Below the pieces are notes generated by a model, which was given only the letters and a program-made list of their open reading frames with translations, did no database searches and had not been told where the DNA came from. Position numbers and translations under genes: made by a program. This document shows positions 21,033-26,544 of a stretch of DNA of 26,544 nt, piece by piece. The number at the start of each line of letters is the position of its first letter. The stretch's first letter is position 1. This DNA is from Pseudogymnoascus verrucosus (taxonomy: Eukaryota): assembly GCA_001662655.1 (NCBI GenBank), contig KV460272.1. One strand, written 5' to 3'.

Positions 21033-22486
21033 TTACAGCAACCATGGATCTTCAAGTAGCTGCCCTGCAGTCTTGCGTTCTTCTGGCATCCACTTGAGCA
21101 TTGACACCATAAACTGAATGAATAGCCGTTTTTTCTTGTCCAGAGAGTCTTCTCTCCAAACTATCTAAAGAGGTCGTTGGTATGACTTCATTTTCATGGG
21201 CAATCCAGTTACGTACGTTTGCGTCAGGTTAGACCAACAAACTTCAAGTGGGGGCAGGACTCTTACCATTAGTATCAAAACACTGCCCCGTCGTTTCACT
21301 GCGTTTGACAAATTCGCTCGGCGGTTCTCCAATCAAAGCGACTATAAGCGCAAAATGCTTGAACGGATCATGGCCGCCTCTCGCGTCGAATACGTCTCCA
21401 AACAGGTGCTCGACTTCAAACAAGTCCCAAATCTACTCAGTTGTCAGGAAGGCAATGGGCCGTTGTAAAATGCCGTACTCACTAGTCCAGCCACATTCCA
21501 AATGTCTGCAGCACTTCCCCAGGGCATGTCAAACATAACCTCCGGCGCTCGATAAATATGAGGCTGCACAAACGGGTTGGACTCTTGCGTCGCTCCTATT
21601 CGTGATTCGCCAAGGTCACACAGAGATGGGAGCCCGTAGCCTTTTGCTTTATCAGGTCGCCCAAATTTTCGGCTCTTATAGATAATGCGCGACTCATCAA
21701 TCTGCTTCCTGGGGGTGGGGCTGTCGACTTCTGCTTTCACGAAGTCCGCCAACATGCCATCATCTTCGATGCTGAGCATTACGTTATCAGTTTTCAGGTT
21801 TAGTTCAGTCAGCATTACATCTATGTATAAGACAAATCTGATGCGTAGTACCAGCATGAATTAATCCGGCTTCAGAATACAAGAAATCGAGGGCTAATAA
21901 AAGGCGTGTGACTGTCATTTTGAAGAGTGGTAGATCAAATGGCCGCGGGTTCAGCCCCATCATCTCAATAAGAGACATATGCATCGGCTGCATCACCAGA
22001 CAACGATGCCTACCATCAGGTCCTTGGAGATCGAACGAATCATAAAACTCGCGGATCAGAGCCTGCCCCGGATGGGTATAATTAATTTTCGCGATATGGC
22101 CGTAAATTTTCGGCTCTCGATCTGTTGCAGTGGGAAATCTTGGCGAGATGTGGAGACCTTCAATACTCTATAATGTTTATTCCTACGAGAGACTTGTTAT
22201 GGGGGGTCATAGGAGTTGCACACAACGGAGCCACGCACTGGAGATCTCGGCATAGCCAACTTGTTGAATACGCGCCATAACCAAGTTTTCCCGTGATTTG
22301 ATACCGGGACTCGTATACCTCTCCAATATGGACCGGGTAGTAATGCTCAGGTTCATAGTAAGGTAGAGTTTCTTCCTCGAGAGGAATTTCCAATGGCAGA
22401 GAAATGTGTGAAATGGTGGAAGTTTTTCTTGGCGATGATGGCTGTCGCCGAAGGATGTTTCTCCACGCTCCCGGGCGCGATGCCAT
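21033..22486 (-). pseudogene. SRPK-like (CMGC) serine/threonine kinase pseudogene
   Basis: Motifs YYPVHIGEV, KLGYGAYSTSWLCRDL, IHA-(D)LKTDN, YRAPEV, DIWNVAGL-IWDLFE, LLEDPWL. Lesions: frameshift ~22132, acceptor reads TAA at ~21800, acceptor reads TAC at ~21213, extra A in the run at 21129-21134. Confidence 0.85.
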
Positions 22487-22633
22487 GCTGCCGCCTTGCA
22501 GGACTAGCCTTAAGTGTTGTTCCCAGAGTTCAGGTAAAAGGCGTCGGCAAATGATGTCGGTAGTGGACCAATATCGACGAGGGGACTGTGCTTGAGGTAG
22601 GTGAAATCTAACGATGTACGTTGGGTCTGGACT

Positions 22634-22729
22634 GTGGGGTGTAGAGTTACTTTGGGATGTGGACTGTGGTATGTGGGTGATGTGGGAAACTGTGGGGGTG
22701 TCGATTGTGGGGACTAGCGCAATGTGGAG
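22634..22729 (+). promoter_or_regulatory. Cluster of SYGGRG (CreA/Cre1-type) sites upstream of the GH3 gene
   Basis: GTGGGG at 22634, 22692 and 22707; GTGGAG at 22724; all within a TGTGG-rich tract. Confidence 0.4.
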
Positions 22730-23140
22730 TATTGGGGTGTGAAAGTGGACATGTCTTGGCGGATCTCAGCTTTTGGAGCCAATTTGTGCCACGGCTTGTG
22801 TTGGAGTTCGTTGAAGTGGACAATAGGAACCAAATTCTACGTGACACGACAGTCAACTTCCCCGTTCCCGGAACTCTGAAGTGGACAGCTGTGGATATGC
22901 ACAAGTGTGGATGCCGAAACTGACACTAGTCTCATCGGCCACGTTTACGAGCTCCTGGGCTAGGCCCAAATGAATGTGGTATTGTAGATATTGGCGCTGA
23001 TATTTCTTTCTGTTATAAGCTATAAGCCTCGTATCTTTGCGTTACTCTTACTATCTATCTTATTTCATTACCATTCTTTCTGTTGGTTTATTTACCACGC
23101 TATACGTTTCGCAGTCTTTCTCTTTCTCAAACCCTGTGCA

Positions 23141-25889
23141 ATGGCCACTGTTGACATACCAGTAGCTTTGGCTACAGACCTTTCGAAACATGCAACGACC
23201 CCTGCAACACACGGACAAGTAACACAAGTAACAACCGAGATATCACCATCAGACCCGATCATAAAGCAGCTTACGATAGAAGAAAAAGTCCAACTGTTAT
23301 CTGGCAGAAATTTCGTCAGCACCGCAGGTGTTGCTCGTCTCGGTATTCCTCCATTGAAGGTTGGTCAAATATACAGAAGCCTTACAACATGATATCCGCT
23401 AACAATTGTGCTCTCATAGCTAGTCGATACTGTCAATGGCGTCAAAGGCAGCGATCTTCACAATGGAACTTCAACACTCTGCTTCCCGAGCACAGCTTGT
23501 TTAGGGGCAACATGGAACCGGGAACTGCTTACTCGCATGGGGAAAAAGCTGGCAGCGCAGGCAAAGTCCAAATCCGCTCAAGTAATTCTAGGGCCTTCCA
23601 TGAATATGCATCGCGATCCTCGTGGAGGCCGAAATTTCGAATTTTTCAGCGAAGATCCATTACTTACGGGAGAGCTTGGTGCGGCACTGGTGAATGCCAT
23701 TCAATCGGAAGGAGTTGGCGCGTGCCCAAAGCATTTCGTGGGAAACGAGTGTGAGACAAAGAGGAGGATACAAGATGTTACCGAATCTTTAGACGGGAGA
23801 ACGATGAGAGAGATCTACCTGGCAGCTTTCCAAGTCATGCTTCGCAACTCTGATCCTATGGCCCTAATGACTGCGTAAGACTCCTCTGAATCTGGTCTAA
23901 AGAAGTTTGCTAATTTTTGACAAGATACAACAAAGTTGATGGCGTATATTGTAGCGAAAATATCCCATTGATACAGGATGTCCTTCGAGGCGACTGGGGC
24001 TATAAAGGCTGTGTCATGTCAGATTGGTACGGAACCAACTCTGAGACTGCAGCGCTTAAAGCAGGTCTAGATTTGGAAATGCCAGGCCCATCCGTCTTTC
24101 GGGGTGCATCACTGGTTAAAAATGTTCAGAATGGAACAGTGGATGAAAAACTAGTGGACCAGCGACTTGCCAACGTCTTGCGCCTGATCGAACGAACTGC
24201 TGAAAGCCACTCGACAGAACCTGAAAAATCTCTCAATGATGAATCAGGGAACTGTTTGGCCAAGGAGATTGGAACAGAAGGCATCGTTCTGTTGCAGAAT
24301 AGGAAGTCAGTGTTGCCTCTACAGATAACTCAGAAGTTAGCTGTGATCGGGTCCGCTGCAACTACTCCGCCAATATCTGGAGGTGGTAGTGCATCCGCGC
24401 CGCCTCAGTATCTCCAGCGGCCGATTGATTCGATTAAAGCACTACATTCACACCCGGAATTTGTGACAGGTTCCGAAGGTGTAAAGGTACATGCTACTAT
24501 TCCAATCTGTGCTGAAGACCAGATATTCGCACGAAATGGCGAACATGGCGTGGATGTGAGCTATTTCAACGACAGGATTGAGATGCCAATTACCGAAGAG
24601 TTTCAAAAAATTCCTCAGGTTGTCATGCTTGGTCGAATCAAACCAGGCCTAAAGGCAGAAGGATTTCATTATGAGATGTCTACTACTCTCATTCCCACTA
24701 CTACTGGGCTACATACCATAGGAATTCACGCTACTGGCTCTTTCCTTCTCACTGTCAATGGGAAAGAAGTAAGTATAGCCACGTATATCCCTGTCTACTT
24801 AGCTAACATTCACTCTAGGTTCTATCCGAGACAGTTTCTGGAATCACAGTTGAGGATTTCCTCTTCAAGCCTGAACGCCTTGAAGTTCGCTGCCAGGTCG
24901 AAATGAAGGCAGGCATGCCATACTTCCTGAAGTTGGTAGTCCAGCCGCATAAACCAGCATCAATGACAGGCGAGCCGTTAGTCCATGGAGCCAAACTCTG
25001 CTATATAGAGGAGTATTCTGATTGTAACGCAATCTCCGAAGCTGTCGCCGTAGCAGAGCACGCAGATGCCACTATCATATTTGCTGGACGCAATTCAGAG
25101 TACGAATCCGAGGGTTTCGATTTGCCTGAAATCACTCTACCTGCCAACCAAGTCAAGATGATTAAAAAGGTGGCAGCTGCGAGTCGAAGAAGCGTGCTTA
25201 TTCTTCATTGCGGAAATCCAATCGATGTACGAGACTTTATAGACGATGTTGACGCGATTATCTGTGCTCATTTCTTGGGCCAAGAAGGAGGCAATGCTCT
25301 TGCTGAGATTCTGTACGGCAAGGTGAACCCCAGTGGTAAGCTTGCTGTGACTTGGCCTAAGAAGTTGGAGGATACACCATCATATCAATCTTTCCCAGCC
25401 ACAGAAACGGCCCGGGGATGGGAGATTTCGTGTGGTGAAGGAATAGGATTGGGATACCGACATAATTGGGTTAATTCGCCTCAATTTGCCTTCGGGTTCG
25501 GATTATCATACACGTCGTTTGAGCTTTCATCTCTCAAAGTTACAAGGTCCAACACGGCCGCCTCTGTTGGAGACAACGAAATCATAGTGGAGGTAGAATT
25601 ATCCAACACTGGACCAGTCAGTGGTGCAGAGGTTGTGCAAGTATATGTCGAGGACGTCGCCTCATCTGTCACTCGGCCATCCCGAGAACTAAAGGCCTTC
25701 GAAAAAACGCATCTCGAGCCGCAAACATCGGAGACTATCCGATTTTTCATCAAAGACAAGTACGCCTTTAGCTACTGGGATGAAGAGACCAGGTGCTGGC
25801 GTGCGGAGGCGGGTGAATTTAAGATTCATGTTGGCGATTTGGTCGCGCAAATTCATCTTGAACAGGGATTTTCTTGGAAGGGGTTGTAG
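23141..25889 (+). CDS. GH3 beta-glucosidase with PA14-like insert and FnIII-like C-terminus, probably intracellular; exons 23141-23359, 23420-23874, 23925-24768, 24819-25889 (862 aa)
   Basis: LTIEEKVQLLSG, GGRNFEFFSEDP, KHFVGNE, nucleophile motif VMSDWYG, ESEGFD, VNPSGKL, FGFGLSYTSF, RELKAFEK. Three introns keep frame, total 2589 nt. No signal peptide. Confidence 0.95.
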
Positions 25890-26050
25890 ATATTTAGATC
25901 CATAGGAACTTGTTTGACTTGCTGATTGAAGTTACTTATTTAGACCTTTTGCCTGAGAAGTTATATATTTAAGACGATAAATGCGATCGTTGCTATTTTC
26001 TTCCGATCTCGCAAATTACTTAATTATAATTCAACTCACCCATGTCTATA

Positions 26051-26544
26051 ACGTATTTCACAAGCGAGTCGGACACACAAGCGGGTCGGACACCAAAACA
26101 CCAAAACGCGTCAACCCATCTGTAATTTACAATGCCACAACCAACGCAAGCCCAATCCTCTAAACAGGAGGATAGAATACTATCAGCTATCCAAGCAATT
26201 AAACTTCACTAAATTAAGAGTGTTCGAGCAGCAGCTATATTATATGACGTGCCTTCTTCAACACTCTTCGATCGGATTAAAGGAATGGCTTCCCGACGCG
26301 ACTCTACTCCTAACTCACGAAAATTGACTCCGTACGAAGAGTCAGCTCTTGTTCAGTATATCCTCGACCTAGATTCACGTGGATTTCCACCCCGGCTACA
26401 AGCTGTGCAAGAAATGGCAGACCTTCTACTCTCCGAACGAGGCGAGAGCCCTGTTGGGAAGAACTGGACTACTAACTTCATTAAGCGTCGTACGGAAATC
26501 AAAGCAAAGTTTAGTCGGAAGTACGATTACAAACGAGCAAAATG
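26051..26544 (+). mobile_element. Second Fot1/pogo-family transposon, left end only (runs off the window)
   Basis: TA (26049-26050), then ACGTATTT and a 17-bp direct repeat CACAAGCG(A/G)GTCGGACA, followed by a transposase frame. Confidence 0.92.
26132..26544 (+). pseudogene. Pogo/Fot1 transposase N-terminus with a premature stop (not in the ORF track)
   Basis: MPQPTQAQSSKQEDRILSAIQAIKLH*IKSVRAAAILYDVPSSTLFDRIKG...KLTPYEESALVQYILDLDSRGFPPRLQAVQEMADLLL...VGKNWTTNFIKRR...FSRKYDYKRAK; TAA at 26210-26212. Confidence 0.88.

Noticed and set aside
1..26544. CRISPR arrays, tRNA/rRNA genes, TPP riboswitch, Starship captain recombinase
   Set aside because: No matching repeat-spacer pattern, cloverleaf, conserved rRNA or riboswitch motifs, or tyrosine recombinase ORF seen by eye.

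Overview
This is eukaryotic DNA from a filamentous ascomycete (short GT-AG introns with CTRAC-type branch sites, Zn2Cys6 and HET genes, Fot1/pogo transposons). I could rebuild seven apparently intact genes: a delta-8 sphingolipid desaturase (-), a divergent pair of NmrA/isoflavone-reductase-like oxidoreductase (-) and Zn2Cys6 transcription factor (+), a 74-aa single-TM protein (+), a HET-domain protein (-), an ankyrin protein with a long amphipathic tail (-) and an intracellular GH3 beta-glucosidase (+). There are three pseudogenes: a kinase-like gene, a small Cys-rich secreted protein with three in-frame stops, and an SRPK-like kinase. One Fot1/pogo element is complete (perfect 46-bp TIRs, TA TSD, intact transposase); a second, stop-interrupted one starts at the window end. 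The main unexplained signal is a ~1 kb non-coding minus-strand unit (~5480-6510) with splice signals, many nested G.U-containing stems and a motif-dense promoter-like block, which may be a structured ncRNA or snoRNA host. All calls are from manual reading; no searches or folding programs were run.
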